Positions 18,080 to 26,115 are shown, numbered from the stretch's first letter. The stretch is DNA of 42,491 nucleotides from a virus (IMGVR_UViG_3300045988_020338:1-42491); one strand, 5' to 3'. Notes: generated by a model from the sequence alone, not told the origin. Translations and numbers: made by a program.

Positions 18080-18443
18080 CGATAATCACCTTAACGACGG
18101 AATCAGCGGTAGAATTGTCTTGCTTGTCAAACACTCCTGTATGTTTTGCAAGCATTTCGAGTGCCTTTAGCTTGTTCGCATATTTCAGGTCGCTTTCTGT
18201 GCAATCAGACGCAGGTTTGTCTGCTATTTCTTTGAGCTTTTCGATCACATAATCCTGTGTTACTTCCGTCCGTTTCTGTCTTTCCGCCTTTGCTTTTTGG
18301 ATAGCGGCCGAAACGTTACTATTCGTAACTAACTGCCTACCTTTCTCGGCGTTCTTATACCCTGCTCTCGCGGCGGCTTGAGTGGCATTTAAATCCACAA
18401 GATACTCTTGAACAAATCGCTCTTGTTTTGCTGTTAATGGCAC
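18072..18443 (-). CDS. terS: Terminase small subunit (Terminase_2-like)
   Basis: 123 aa. GTG start with GAGGTG upstream. PLTAKQERFVQEYLVDLNATQAAARAGYKNAEKGRQLVTNSNVSAAI is the classic small-terminase HTH. Confidence 0.85.
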   Translation of the reverse strand: MPLTAKQERFVQEYLVDLNATQAAARAGYKNAEKGRQLVTNSNVSAAIQKAKAERQKRTEVTQDYVIEKLKEIADKPASDCTESDLKYANKLKALEMLAKHTGVFDKQDNSTADSVVKVIIDV

Positions 18444-19086
18444 TCGTCACCACCTCTCTTGTCACAATTTTGCTACCAGCCCCCACCCCTTGGCCTTACA
18501 TAGCAGACTTTACCCGCCCCGAAGGGCTTCAACGCCGCACTCAAAGCAGCGGCTCTCCTCTTTTGGTACGGCATTGCAGTCCTGTCCTGCTTTAGCGATT
18601 CGGGAAAGTCCCCGTCACTCGCTGTGGTCTCCCCTTACGGGACACCTATGCCGCATATGTCCGCAACGAGCCGGTCGGCGCTTCGGCATCTCCAACAGCA
18701 TGAGCATTTGCATCCTCACGTCCGGGCGGCAGCTGCCTGTTCTGCCCTTCGTTGCGGTGCTGCCGTCTAAAACTGCTATCACCATGCGCAATCACGGTGA
18801 CGTGCTGGAACTCCGGTAGCATAGTAGTTTGTAAGCATGTCCCCGCTGGGCCACATCGTTGAGAGGTGCGCGGGGTCCTGTGCCGCATGAAAGGTGCGAC
18901 CTCTCGGCCCTGATCGTGGGCTGCATCGTGCGTGCGGCATGTTGCGGGGGGCGGTGTGAAAAGATGAAAAGCACCGCGCCCCGCTATGCCGCAGGAGGTG
19001 GACGCCATAAATGAGAGAACCGCAAAGGCTTTTACACCTCTGCGATTCTATTATCTCATAAGCAAATGGCTTTTTAAGGCCAACTT
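18444..19086 (-). ncRNA. Candidate large structured non-coding RNA (class unknown)
   Basis: 643 nt between the late activator and terS, with no RBS-led ORF. Helices found by eye:
- 18661-18669/18749-18757: 9 bp, perfect.
- 18934-18940/18986-18992 plus 18944-18956/18972-18984: 7+13 bp with one mismatch.
- 18861-18867/18899-18905, nested in 18848-18852/18906-18910.
A C(UUCG)G tetraloop (18516-18527) and a GUAA loop (18632-18641) exist only in the minus sense. Confidence 0.45.
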
Positions 19087-19398
19087 TTAATCATCAAGCA
19101 GCCCATAGTTTCGTGCTACGCACTTGATGAAATCGGTATGCCATCGTCTCGCCGTCCGGTCGGAACAGTTGACTGCCATCGCTGCCCCTTCAAGCGTGTG
19201 GGTCTTGTCCCAGAACACAAGGCGGATAAATTTCAAGCGCTCTTCGCCGTCTTGCATTGACTTTGTTTCGCTCACCGCTTTTCGCACAGCGTTGTTTTCT
19301 AACAAAGGGACGCCATGCAACTCCTGCTCTCGGTCGGGGGCATAGCGGCGAATAATGGCTTTTACATAGCCCCACCAGCTGTAACGAGGTTTACTCAT
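19087..19398 (-). CDS. RinA/ArpU-like late transcriptional activator
   Basis: 103 aa, last gene before the packaging module. The C-terminal HTH AAMAVNCSDRTARRWHTDFIKCVARNYG resembles the RinA-family C-terminus (region-4-like). Confidence 0.6.
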   Translation of the reverse strand: MSKPRYSWWGYVKAIIRRYAPDREQELHGVPLLENNAVRKAVSETKSMQDGEERLKFIRLVFWDKTHTLEGAAMAVNCSDRTARRWHTDFIKCVARNYGLLDD

Positions 19399-19870
19399 GG
19401 CGCACCAACTTTCTCTTCACCCACGCCCACAGGTTTCTCCACGGGTGGGATTCTGCGTAATCGGCGCGCCTACACTCAAAAGCGGCTCTATCCACCATTT
19501 TAGTTACGTAATTCCGCAGCGTGTTCTTTTCTGCGACAGAACGCGTCAACTCTGCATTTACCCGCCCAAGCGCCGCCTCGGTGTCAGCAAGCTTGTTTTT
19601 CAAGTCGGCAACTTCTCGCTTCGATGCCTGCCACGCTCTCCAATACTGTTGCCCCTGATCGTTCAAATGCTGAGCCGAGTTTTTGGCTGAATCAAAGTCC
19701 GCTTTCAGCTTCTCGATCTCGTTGGCATTGTTGATGGCTTCGCCGTTCATCTGGCTGATCCGCTCGGTCAGGGTGGCGTTTACCCGCTTTAATTCCTGCA
19801 CTTCCGCCTGTGCGTCCTCCACCATCTTCGCCATCTGGTCTTTGGTGTACTTTTTGATGTTAATGCTCAT
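19391..19870 (-). CDS. Coiled-coil hypothetical protein
   Basis: 159 aa, heptad-rich, with 4- and 8-nt overlaps to its neighbours. Confidence 0.6.
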   Translation of the reverse strand: MSINIKKYTKDQMAKMVEDAQAEVQELKRVNATLTERISQMNGEAINNANEIEKLKADFDSAKNSAQHLNDQGQQYWRAWQASKREVADLKNKLADTEAALGRVNAELTRSVAEKNTLRNYVTKMVDRAAFECRRADYAESHPWRNLWAWVKRKLVRHE

Positions 19871-20334
19871 TCTGCCACCGCTTCCCCGACGATCATCCAG
19901 TCATCAGCCAGCATGTCGGCCTGCGAGGCCAGCCAGCCGAGCTGCACGCCGGACGTGCCGACAAAGGCAAGCGCTTTGTTTCCGATGGCCTCGTGCTTGG
20001 CGTTAATTAACTCGTGCGCAGCGTTCTCGTAGCTGATACGCTCCGCAAGCTCGACGTACTGGTTCTTACCATTCCAGCCGCGGCGTGCGATCTTCATGCC
20101 CTTCTTCACTGCCTCGATAGCAAGTCCAAAGCTCAGCCCGTCAGTCGGTCGATACGCCTCTTCAAAAACCTGCTTCGGGCTGAAAGATTCGTATCCGTCA
20201 GAGTAGCGGACTTTGTAACCGTCTTCCTCGGGCTCCATGCTTCTCGGGATGGGCTGGGTCTTCTCGTAAACTTTGCCGCCCTTGCGGATAGCCGGTGCCG
20301 CCTCGATAAGTTTCGTTCCGATGTACTGTTTCAT
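19867..20334 (-). CDS. DUF2829-domain protein (Tad2-like candidate)
   Basis: 155 aa. C-terminal half: LSFGLAIEAVKKGMKIARRGWNGKNQYVEL...GWLASQADMLADDWMIV, which carries the DUF2829 hallmarks (GWNGK ... W.ASQ.D.LA.DW). Confidence 0.7.
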   Translation of the reverse strand: MKQYIGTKLIEAAPAIRKGGKVYEKTQPIPRSMEPEEDGYKVRYSDGYESFSPKQVFEEAYRPTDGLSFGLAIEAVKKGMKIARRGWNGKNQYVELAERISYENAAHELINAKHEAIGNKALAFVGTSGVQLGWLASQADMLADDWMIVGEAVAE

Positions 20335-20366
20335 AGTAAAATTCCTTTCTTTTTCGCCCGCAGGCG

Positions 20367-20519
20367 TTATTTCATTCGTAATTGTTCCTCGCTCCCTCTA
20401 TCGCTTACGATGCTCACGACCTTGCAATCCCCGTATCTCTCAATGTCCATGGCGATTCGCTCCTTGATGCCCTGCGCATCAGCAGCGGGGACGTTGGCTT
20501 TAATCGTAATTGTCAGCAT
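20367..20519 (-). CDS. Small hypothetical protein (50 aa)
   Basis: ORF trimmed to ATG 20519 with AAAGGAGAGGACAC upstream. Product: MLTITIKANVPAADAQGIKERIAMDIERYGDCKVV... Confidence 0.5.
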   Translation of the reverse strand: MLTITIKANVPAADAQGIKERIAMDIERYGDCKVVSIVSDRGSEEQLRMK

Positions 20520-20775
20520 GTGTCCTCTCCTTTGGTTCGCCGTGGCTGCAAAAGTCATCTGCGCACATTGTTTCAAATGATTTCATACATTTGCCTTTCG
20601 GGCCGTCATCTGTCCCATAAGTATCGGGGTCATCATCCCAATGTACGCAGTCCTTGCACCGCGTCACGACCACGGCGTCTACGATAGGGATGGCCCTAAT
20701 ATCTGCTGCCGTAGCGTAAAGCTCCCAATTTTCATTTGGTCGCCAATGAATAACATCCCTGTCAATCAGCCGCAT
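20500..20775 (-). CDS. Hypothetical Cys/His-containing protein
   Basis: Track ORF 20500..21015 trimmed to ATG 20775, which lies inside the end of the upstream gene (14-nt overlap). Contains an RCKDCVHW motif. Confidence 0.5.
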   Translation of the reverse strand: MRLIDRDVIHWRPNENWELYATAADIRAIPIVDAVVVTRCKDCVHWDDDPDTYGTDDGPKGKCMKSFETMCADDFCSHGEPKERTHADNYD

Positions 20776-21163
20776 CGCTGTCACCTCCGTCCATCTTGGC
20801 CCCGCAATCCTCGCAGTACTTTTTGGTAGGCTTGTCCCAACTGCCCTCGGTGGCAATGACAAAGCCGCACACAGGGCAACACCACTCATCCCCGCCAAGA
20901 TGCGCCCAGCGGGTGTGCACCACCGGCGCAACGTCGGCGGCGGGAGCATCTTCAATTTCAAACTCTTCTGAGAGCCACTTAAATACGTACTCAAGGCAAT
21001 ATGAACTGAACCCAACGTGATAATCTTGATCTACCGGGTCAAAATACAAAATGTTGAAATACGGCCTGTCAGGCGTCCCGGAAACAAAAATTTTTGCAAA
21101 GCTGGTCTTTATTTTGTCCTTGTGGGTGCAAACATCTGCACTCTGCATTTCTTTTTCACCCAT
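20762..21163 (-). CDS. Hypothetical protein with C-terminal zinc ribbon
   Basis: 133 aa, AGGAGGG upstream. CPVCG...CEDCG pair near the C-terminus. Confidence 0.6.
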   Translation of the reverse strand: MGEKEMQSADVCTHKDKIKTSFAKIFVSGTPDRPYFNILYFDPVDQDYHVGFSSYCLEYVFKWLSEEFEIEDAPAADVAPVVHTRWAHLGGDEWCCPVCGFVIATEGSWDKPTKKYCEDCGAKMDGGDSDAAD

Positions 21164-21368
21164 TGTCCGCCCTCCTGTTCCATGCTTTGATTGCTTCTTC
21201 TTTGCTCGGCAATCCAGATACCTTCATCTGCTTTGTGTGTATCCCGTCACCAGCTCTATATCTCCCGCAACCGGCACTCCATCCAAAATCGGCTCTATCG
21301 TAGGTATCGTACATATTGATGACGGTTGCAACTCCACCGCACTCAGGGCAAGGTTTCAATTCAGCCAT
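21156..21368 (-). CDS. Lar-family restriction alleviation-like protein
   Basis: Trimmed to ATG 21368 (ATGGCTGA overlap with the ASCH gene). MAELKPCPECGGVATV...SAGCGRY...EEAIKAWNRRA matches the Lar-type pattern (LKPCPFCGG ... eA...WNrR). Confidence 0.65.
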   Translation of the reverse strand: MAELKPCPECGGVATVINMYDTYDRADFGWSAGCGRYRAGDGIHTKQMKVSGLPSKEEAIKAWNRRADNG

Positions 21369-21897
21369 TGTCCATCGCCTCCACATAGCACCAGCTCTGG
21401 GGCGGGCGTTCAAGCGTCCTCCCACACTCGACAAGATTGATGCTCCCGTCAGGGTTGTAGTCATATTTTTGATATGAGCAAGCAACCCTGCGCGACGGGC
21501 ACGATTTATCATCATTTTTATACCTGCACACAGGAAAAAACTCGCCCAGATCTCGCGGCTTGTCGTAGATTTTCAGTTCGACGATATGCCAGCCATATCC
21601 GGTTCCCTTTAGGTAGTTCACAATTTCTTCCCGCGTCAGGCAGGCTTGCTTTTCTACGTCATCCGGTGCATGGTTGATAGGCGCAAGCTCATAAATCCGG
21701 TCACAGGTAAACTCGCCGATAACCTTGCCCCATGAGCCGCGCAGTCTGCGTGCGTCGTTGCCCTGTGAGCAATAGATATAGGCCTTAAACGGCGTTTCCA
21801 ACTTCGGCCGCGTCTTGCGCACCTCAATCGTTTTATCGCCATTGATGATCTTCTCGCACCACTTCGGGCGGACGCTCAGCATAACAGCCTTGCTCAT
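21361..21897 (-). CDS. ASCH-domain protein
   Basis: 178 aa. The N-terminus AVMLSVRPKWCEKIINGDKTIEVRKTRPK matches the ASCH/PUA-like beta-barrel signature. Confidence 0.7.
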   Translation of the reverse strand: MSKAVMLSVRPKWCEKIINGDKTIEVRKTRPKLETPFKAYIYCSQGNDARRLRGSWGKVIGEFTCDRIYELAPINHAPDDVEKQACLTREEIVNYLKGTGYGWHIVELKIYDKPRDLGEFFPVCRYKNDDKSCPSRRVACSYQKYDYNPDGSINLVECGRTLERPPQSWCYVEAMDNG

Positions 21898-22402
21898 TTC
21901 TTCATCGCCTCCAATGCTTTCTTTTGGTGCTCATATTTATTTAAACTTACACGTTCAAAAAGAGCACGTTCTGGCGGCCATCCAGCCCTCAGCCTATCAT
22001 ATAACGTATACGGGTTTATACCTAAAAAGTCAGCCCACTCATGCAACGTCTTTTCGGTATCTATTACTTTAATTTTCACAGTCACTTCCAAATTGTTCGC
22101 CTGAGTTTTTCTGTCAACCCAACGACAATTTTCTGGGCAATAATCCCCATTATTATCTATCCTGTCAATGGTAAGGCCTTCTTTATACCCGTTCTCATTC
22201 GCCCACTGTTTAAACGCTAAAAACTTTGCCAATCTTCGCATACCGAGATACCTCGGCCCCCGTATCGCTTATAATGCGCATCAGTCTTAAGGGAGCATCT
22301 TTTACGCATAGCGCGCCAGACGTTGTATAGTTTTGTTCCTTTCCCACCATGCTTATAGTTGCCATTATGCTCGCCAGACTGACTTGCGCTACCATGCGGC
22401 AT
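21894..22402 (-). pseudogene. HNH-like (degenerate DRID...N) phage endonuclease-family gene split by a frameshift
   Basis: ORF 22217..22402 ends ...[18 protein letters not shown] 21894..22241 continues in the +1 frame with ...[43 protein letters not shown]. The break is at a 5-nt homopolymer (A5 on the plus strand, 22219-22223). One extra base would fuse the two ORFs. Confidence 0.7.
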
Positions 22403-22403
22403 A

Positions 22404-22946
22404 TTACCCCTCCTTTGTTTTTAAGGCTTTCTCCGCCTCCTCGCGGGTGAGGAATACGGTCTTGCCAACGTCTGCGCCATCATTACGCAGGCGATACGCG
22501 CAGAACCCGTCCGGCTTGCGATTGCACGTTGACATACACAGATTATCCTCATCCGTGCAAACAGCTCTGATGTCCGGGGCTTCAAGTTTCATTTTTCGCG
22601 GCACATTGTCACGGCCAGTCACCCATAGCGTATCGCCCGCCTTGCACGGCAGGACCACCAGCCGCCCGTCCTTGTCGGCTTCGGCCAGTTCGCGCAAGCG
22701 GGAAACGCCCTCCTGCTCCGCATCACGCATTACGATGTACCGTCCTTCCGCGTCTGCTCGCGCAAATTCGGCACAGCGTTCCGGCGTCAGCCTCGTGTCC
22801 TCGTAGGCGGCAAGACGCTCCACACCCGTCTGTCTGTACGCGCTTTTTGCCACACGGTCATTGCTATCATCGCCACTGTAGCAATCCGCCGGATAATTGT
22901 AATCCGCTGCGCCGCTTGCGAGATATTTTGTCAATCTCTCCATCAC
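22404..22946 (-). CDS. Hypothetical protein
   Basis: 180-aa ORF packed tightly in the early operon. Confidence 0.6.
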   Translation of the reverse strand: MMERLTKYLASGAADYNYPADCYSGDDSNDRVAKSAYRQTGVERLAAYEDTRLTPERCAEFARADAEGRYIVMRDAEQEGVSRLRELAEADKDGRLVVLPCKAGDTLWVTGRDNVPRKMKLEAPDIRAVCTDEDNLCMSTCNRKPDGFCAYRLRNDGADVGKTVFLTREEAEKALKTKEG

Positions 22947-22964
22947 TCCATCTCCTGCATCTTA

Positions 22965-23096
22965 CTAATCGCGGTGTTCCTCGTTGATGTAGACGACGCG
23001 CCCGTGCGCAGTCGTCTCTTTCGTGGTAACGCTCATAATGCCGGTACTGCCCTCAAATGCGGCAGGCTTCCAGCTAAATGGTTCTCCGCTGTACAT
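22965..23096 (-). CDS. Small hypothetical protein (43 aa)
   Basis: TAATG junction with the upstream gene. Hand translation: MYSGEPFSWKPAAFEGSTGIMSVTTKETTAHGRVVYINEEHRD*. Confidence 0.35.
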   Translation of the reverse strand: MYSGEPFSWKPAAFEGSTGIMSVTTKETTAHGRVVYINEEHRD

Positions 23097-23341
23097 TAGC
23101 GTCTCCCCTCGCATTCCCCGAACAGCTCGCGGAACGACTTCCCAGTCAAATCCTCCAACGCGAGGAACGCCCGCACGGTCACATCCACGTCGCCCTTGAC
23201 GTAGCGGCTCACGTTGGTCGCCGAAATGCCGGTCACCTCTGCAAGCGTTGCCTGGTTGTAGTCGGTCTTTTCCAGCGCCGCTTTGAGGCCCGGATACGGG
23301 CAGCGCTCCCACGGCGTTTTTGACATTACAAATCTCGGCAT
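23096..23341 (-). CDS. XRE-type HTH protein
   Basis: 81 aa. YNQATLAEVTGISATNVSRYVKGD is a helix-turn-helix. An alternative start is MSKTPW. Confidence 0.6.
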   Translation of the reverse strand: MPRFVMSKTPWERCPYPGLKAALEKTDYNQATLAEVTGISATNVSRYVKGDVDVTVRAFLALEDLTGKSFRELFGECEGRR

Positions 23342-23577
23342 TATCTCTTTCTCCCCCTCCCAAAATACGATTGGTACTCCTCATCACTCCACCGTGTCCA
23401 GACGCAAGCGTAAAGCGTTCTGGCGCGGGGGTTCTTTCTCTGCTTCGCAAGGCTGTGTGAGATCGTCGACAGCCCAACGCCGCAAAGCGCGGCGAGCTCG
23501 GTCGGCGAATCTGCGATGTACTCAGGGATTCCGGCGTGGGCATAATCGATCTTCATGTAGACCGGTCGCCATTTCAT
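23341..23577 (-). CDS. Small DNA-binding-like protein
   Basis: Trimmed to ATG 23577 (ATGA overlap with the upstream stop). 78 aa with a possible HTH: LAALCGVGLSTISHSLAKQR. Confidence 0.5.
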   Translation of the reverse strand: MKWRPVYMKIDYAHAGIPEYIADSPTELAALCGVGLSTISHSLAKQRKNPRARTLYACVWTRWSDEEYQSYFGRGRKR

Positions 23578-23783
23578 CTTTTTTGCCTCCTCATATCTCG
23601 CCCGCGCCGCGTCTTGAATCCGCGTGCGGTCAAAAAATCGTCGCCTGCATGGTATTCGGCCTCTTTTTGCGCCGCGTATTCCTTGACTTTTGCCAAGTCC
23701 TCCTGATAGTACGAGCACTCACTGTGACATCCCGGATGCCGCACAGGAGGCTTGCAATGCAGGCAATGCTCAAAGGTCGCCAT
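23574..23783 (-). CDS. Cys/His-rich small protein
   Basis: 69 aa. HCLHCKPPVRHPGCHSEC metal-binding-like cluster. Confidence 0.55.
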   Translation of the reverse strand: MATFEHCLHCKPPVRHPGCHSECSYYQEDLAKVKEYAAQKEAEYHAGDDFLTARGFKTRRGRDMRRQKR

Positions 23784-24246
23784 AGCCCACCTCGCGGATC
23801 GTAATTCCGTGCCGCTCCTGCATCAGCTTTTTCTTCAAGAGATAATCCTTAGTCCGCATCCCCTTGAAGTCCTCCACCTCGCGCAGCCAGCGTACAGCCC
23901 CGACGTAGTCAGGCTCGGTTGGACGCTCGTAGACAAAATCCGCCTTGTAAACGGTAGGCTTTACGACGTTGCCGTCGCTGTCGGTAAACCCCTCGACCAG
24001 CGTAAATCCCACCTGCATTCGCAGATTTCGAATCCGCCCCGCCGCAAGCAGTGTTTTCAATTGGTCATAGCGCTTTGCCTCGCCCTCGCTGTCAAACTTC
24101 TGCTTCCTTCCGTTCGGCATCACGCGGTAAGCCTTGCGGTTCCCGTACTTGCTTTTCTTCGGCTTTTGCGTGCCTGCCAGCTTGTCAAGCACCTGCTTCT
24201 GCGCCTGCGGCCCGAGCCTCGCAAGGTCAGCTGACGTCAGCGCCAT
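23770..24246 (-). CDS. DUF1064-family protein (resolvase/endonuclease-like)
   Basis: 158 aa. SKYGNRKA...FDSEGEAKRYDQLKTLLAAGRIRNLRMQV...YKADFVY...VEDFKGMRTKDYLLKKKLM is the DUF1064 pattern. Confidence 0.75.
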   Translation of the reverse strand: MALTSADLARLGPQAQKQVLDKLAGTQKPKKSKYGNRKAYRVMPNGRKQKFDSEGEAKRYDQLKTLLAAGRIRNLRMQVGFTLVEGFTDSDGNVVKPTVYKADFVYERPTEPDYVGAVRWLREVEDFKGMRTKDYLLKKKLMQERHGITIREVGYGDL

Positions 24247-24715
24247 CGTGTGCCTCCCGTAAATCGCCCTGAGACGCGCTCTGCGCGTTTTTATCCTCCG
24301 GCGGTGTCATTTCACATTTTTCGTATTCCAAGCGCTCCTGCGCGCTCTCAGGGACATTCCCAGCAGCTTCCCGCTTTCTGTCCGCAGGATCGTCACGCAA
24401 ACCGACGCCGATGATGTACTGCTCCCCGTCGCGGCGGGCATGCACTTCGTACTTGCGGTAGATTTCCCTCGCGTCAAACTTCGGCAGCGTCATGCGCTTG
24501 CCGATGACCGCCCCCGTGTCGGGGTCTACTGCGTCCTCGCCGTAGGTGATCGCCACCTGCGCCAGCAGCGCGTCGGTTGCAATGCTGATCTCGGCAACGC
24601 CGGCGGCGCGGCGGGCGAGCTGCGCATTCGCTTTCATCAGCTCGCCGACTTTTTTCTGATATCTGCCGAGCTCGTGCTCAAGCCGTTTTACCTTGTCTCT
24701 GTTTCTTTCGCTCAT
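24227..24715 (-). CDS. Coiled-coil hypothetical protein
   Basis: Trimmed to ATG 24715 (ATGA overlap). 162 aa starting MSERNRDKVKRLEHELGRYQKK. Confidence 0.55.
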   Translation of the reverse strand: MSERNRDKVKRLEHELGRYQKKVGELMKANAQLARRAAGVAEISIATDALLAQVAITYGEDAVDPDTGAVIGKRMTLPKFDAREIYRKYEVHARRDGEQYIIGVGLRDDPADRKREAAGNVPESAQERLEYEKCEMTPPEDKNAQSASQGDLREAHDGADVS

Positions 24716-24918
24716 CGGTTCTTCGTCCTTTCGTAGTGCAGCGTCAGTGCCCGGGCGATCGGGCAGTGTCGCCATTCTTCGTTGGCGCAGTAGCGCCGCG
24801 TATATTCGTCCAGCTCTTCTTTCGGCAGTTTGACTTGGGCGCCCTCGCAGTTGAGATAGTCGCGGTAGTCCCGCGAGTAAAACGGGCACTTGAAAATGCC
24901 CCCGCGATACCCGCTCAC
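24712..24918 (-). CDS. Small Cys-rich protein
   Basis: Trimmed to GTG 24918 (GTGA overlap). 68 aa with C..C...C...HC spacing (FKCPFY...NCEG...YCANEEWRHCP). Confidence 0.45.
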   Translation of the reverse strand: MSGYRGGIFKCPFYSRDYRDYLNCEGAQVKLPKEELDEYTRRYCANEEWRHCPIARALTLHYERTKNR

Positions 24919-25298
24919 GGCGCACCGCCTGCCATTTCGGCAGCCGCCGCTTCCCACGTTAGCCCGTGTTCTCTCGCATAACGCGATATGCTCGGCATGA
25001 ACGCCTCCTGTTCGGCTGTCCGCTCGATGTATGGCTTCATCCACGCCACCGAGACGTGCGGGAAAACTGCGCCCCTGATCTTTGCAAGCACTTGGCCGAC
25101 CTTCGGGGGGAACCCCTTCGTATCCTCGGCGATTAGCGCATTTACTGCGTCCTTTGCCGCGGCAGGGTCTTCACTGCTCAGCATATCCAGCCAGAGGGAC
25201 ACCAGTTCTTCGGCTTCCGCACGGGTCATCTTGGCGTAGGCCTGCGGATAAGCCTGTTTTAATCGCCCCAAAAGGCTAATTACGTCAGCTCTTTCCAC
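24915..25298 (-). CDS. Replication loader / replisome-organiser C-terminal-like protein (putative)
   Basis: Trimmed to GTG 25298 with GGAGGAGGAAAAAAACC upstream. 127 aa: ...LKQAYPQAYAKMTRAEAEELVSLWLDMLSSEDP...FPPKVGQVL. Follows the DUF4373 gene. Confidence 0.4.
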   Translation of the reverse strand: MERADVISLLGRLKQAYPQAYAKMTRAEAEELVSLWLDMLSSEDPAAAKDAVNALIAEDTKGFPPKVGQVLAKIRGAVFPHVSVAWMKPYIERTAEQEAFMPSISRYAREHGLTWEAAAAEMAGGAP

Positions 25299-26115
25299 GG
25301 TTTTTTTCCTCCTCCAACATCTCGGCGAATACATCGCCGCCGACAAACGGCTTATTTTGCGGCGCTTTGCCGCCCTTGTCCTGCTCTCTGGCAAGCCAAG
25401 CGGTGATGAAACGCTTAATCCCTCCGCGTGTCTTTCGCTTGGTAGGGTTCGCGTCGCACCATCCTGCCATGTTTCTAAGCTGCTGCAGAACGTCAACGTT
25501 CGGATAGAGCTGCGACCATTTGGCCCTGTCATTCTCCGAAACGTCGAAAAAAGTCCCGTCATTCAGCGGCAAAGAAATCACCGGCGGCGCGCCATCCGCT
25601 TGCGGCTCAGCGCATAATATGTACTCTTCTTTACTCTTCTCTACTCTACTTTTCTCTACTTTACTTTGTCGTTCGATGTCAGCATTTTTTGAAAAAATGT
25701 TTACATTTTTCGCAGAAATGTAAACATTGGGCAAAATTTGGGCAACATCAACCAGAAGGATGTTGTAATCGACTTCGAGAGTTTTACGGCGGCTGACTGC
25801 CTCAAAGTACCTTTCCTGTATGCCTTTAGAGGTCAATACGTGGTACTTGTCATACTTCTCTTTGTCGAACATCCCTCGTCTGATAGAAGCCTCTATTATT
25901 TCGGAAACGACGCTCCCACCCAACCCGACCTTGCGGGCGAACAAAAGCGCAACCTCCTCTGTCCATTCAATGTAGTAACCCGCCTTGCCGTAAATCTCTT
26001 GCAGCAAGTGAACGACTACACCAAATCCTGTCAAGCCAAATTCTGCTTCTATCAGTTCAAACTTTGCGTTCAATGTGACATCAAGCGGAAAGTAATCGAT
26101 CCCGCTCTTTGCCAT
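25285..26115 (-). CDS. DUF4373-domain replication initiation / organiser protein
   Basis: 276 aa. N-terminus: MAKSGIDYFPLDVTLNAKFELIEAEFGLTGFGVVVHLLQEIYGKAGYYIEW (Lin1244-type domain). The C-terminal part ends in ...KRFITAWLAREQDK. Confidence 0.75.
   Translation of the reverse strand: MAKSGIDYFPLDVTLNAKFELIEAEFGLTGFGVVVHLLQEIYGKAGYYIEWTEEVALLFARKVGLGGSVVSEIIEASIRRGMFDKEKYDKYHVLTSKGIQERYFEAVSRRKTLEVDYNILLVDVAQILPNVYISAKNVNIFSKNADIERQSKVEKSRVEKSKEEYILCAEPQADGAPPVISLPLNDGTFFDVSENDRAKWSQLYPNVDVLQQLRNMAGWCDANPTKRKTRGGIKRFITAWLAREQDKGGKAPQNKPFVGGDVFAEMLEEEKNRGKS

Noticed and set aside
18602-18611. Plus-strand GGGAAAGTCC, reminiscent of the RNase P RNA P4 segment (GGAAAGUCC).
   Set aside because: The flanking sequence does not follow the RNase P consensus. 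I could not find the complementary P4 strand (ACAGAA..CGGCUUA type). The stable tetraloops favour the opposite (minus) sense.
18490-19008. ORFs 18490..18819 (+), 18646..19008 (-) and 18792..18974 (-) inside the large intergenic region.
   Set aside because: They overlap one another, have no RBS and are Arg/Pro/Cys/His-rich. The region shows extensive helices and stable tetraloops instead, so it is treated as RNA or regulatory.
22965-23543. 192-aa minus-strand ORF.
   Set aside because: It overlaps two shorter ORFs in other frames that have HTH motifs and coupled start/stop junctions. Its product is Arg/Gly/Pro-rich. Only its last 43 codons (22965..23096) are kept, as a low-confidence mini-ORF.
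20500-25562. Long forms of several early ORFs given by the track: 20500..21015, 21156..21515, 23341..23718, 24227..24925, 24712..25044 and 24915..25562.
   Set aside because: Each long form overlaps the preceding gene by 100-270 nt. In every case an internal ATG or GTG sits exactly at an ATGA/GTGA/ATGGCTGA junction with the upstream stop, or behind a GGAGG box. The upstream portions are Arg/Gly/Ala-rich, like shadow frames.
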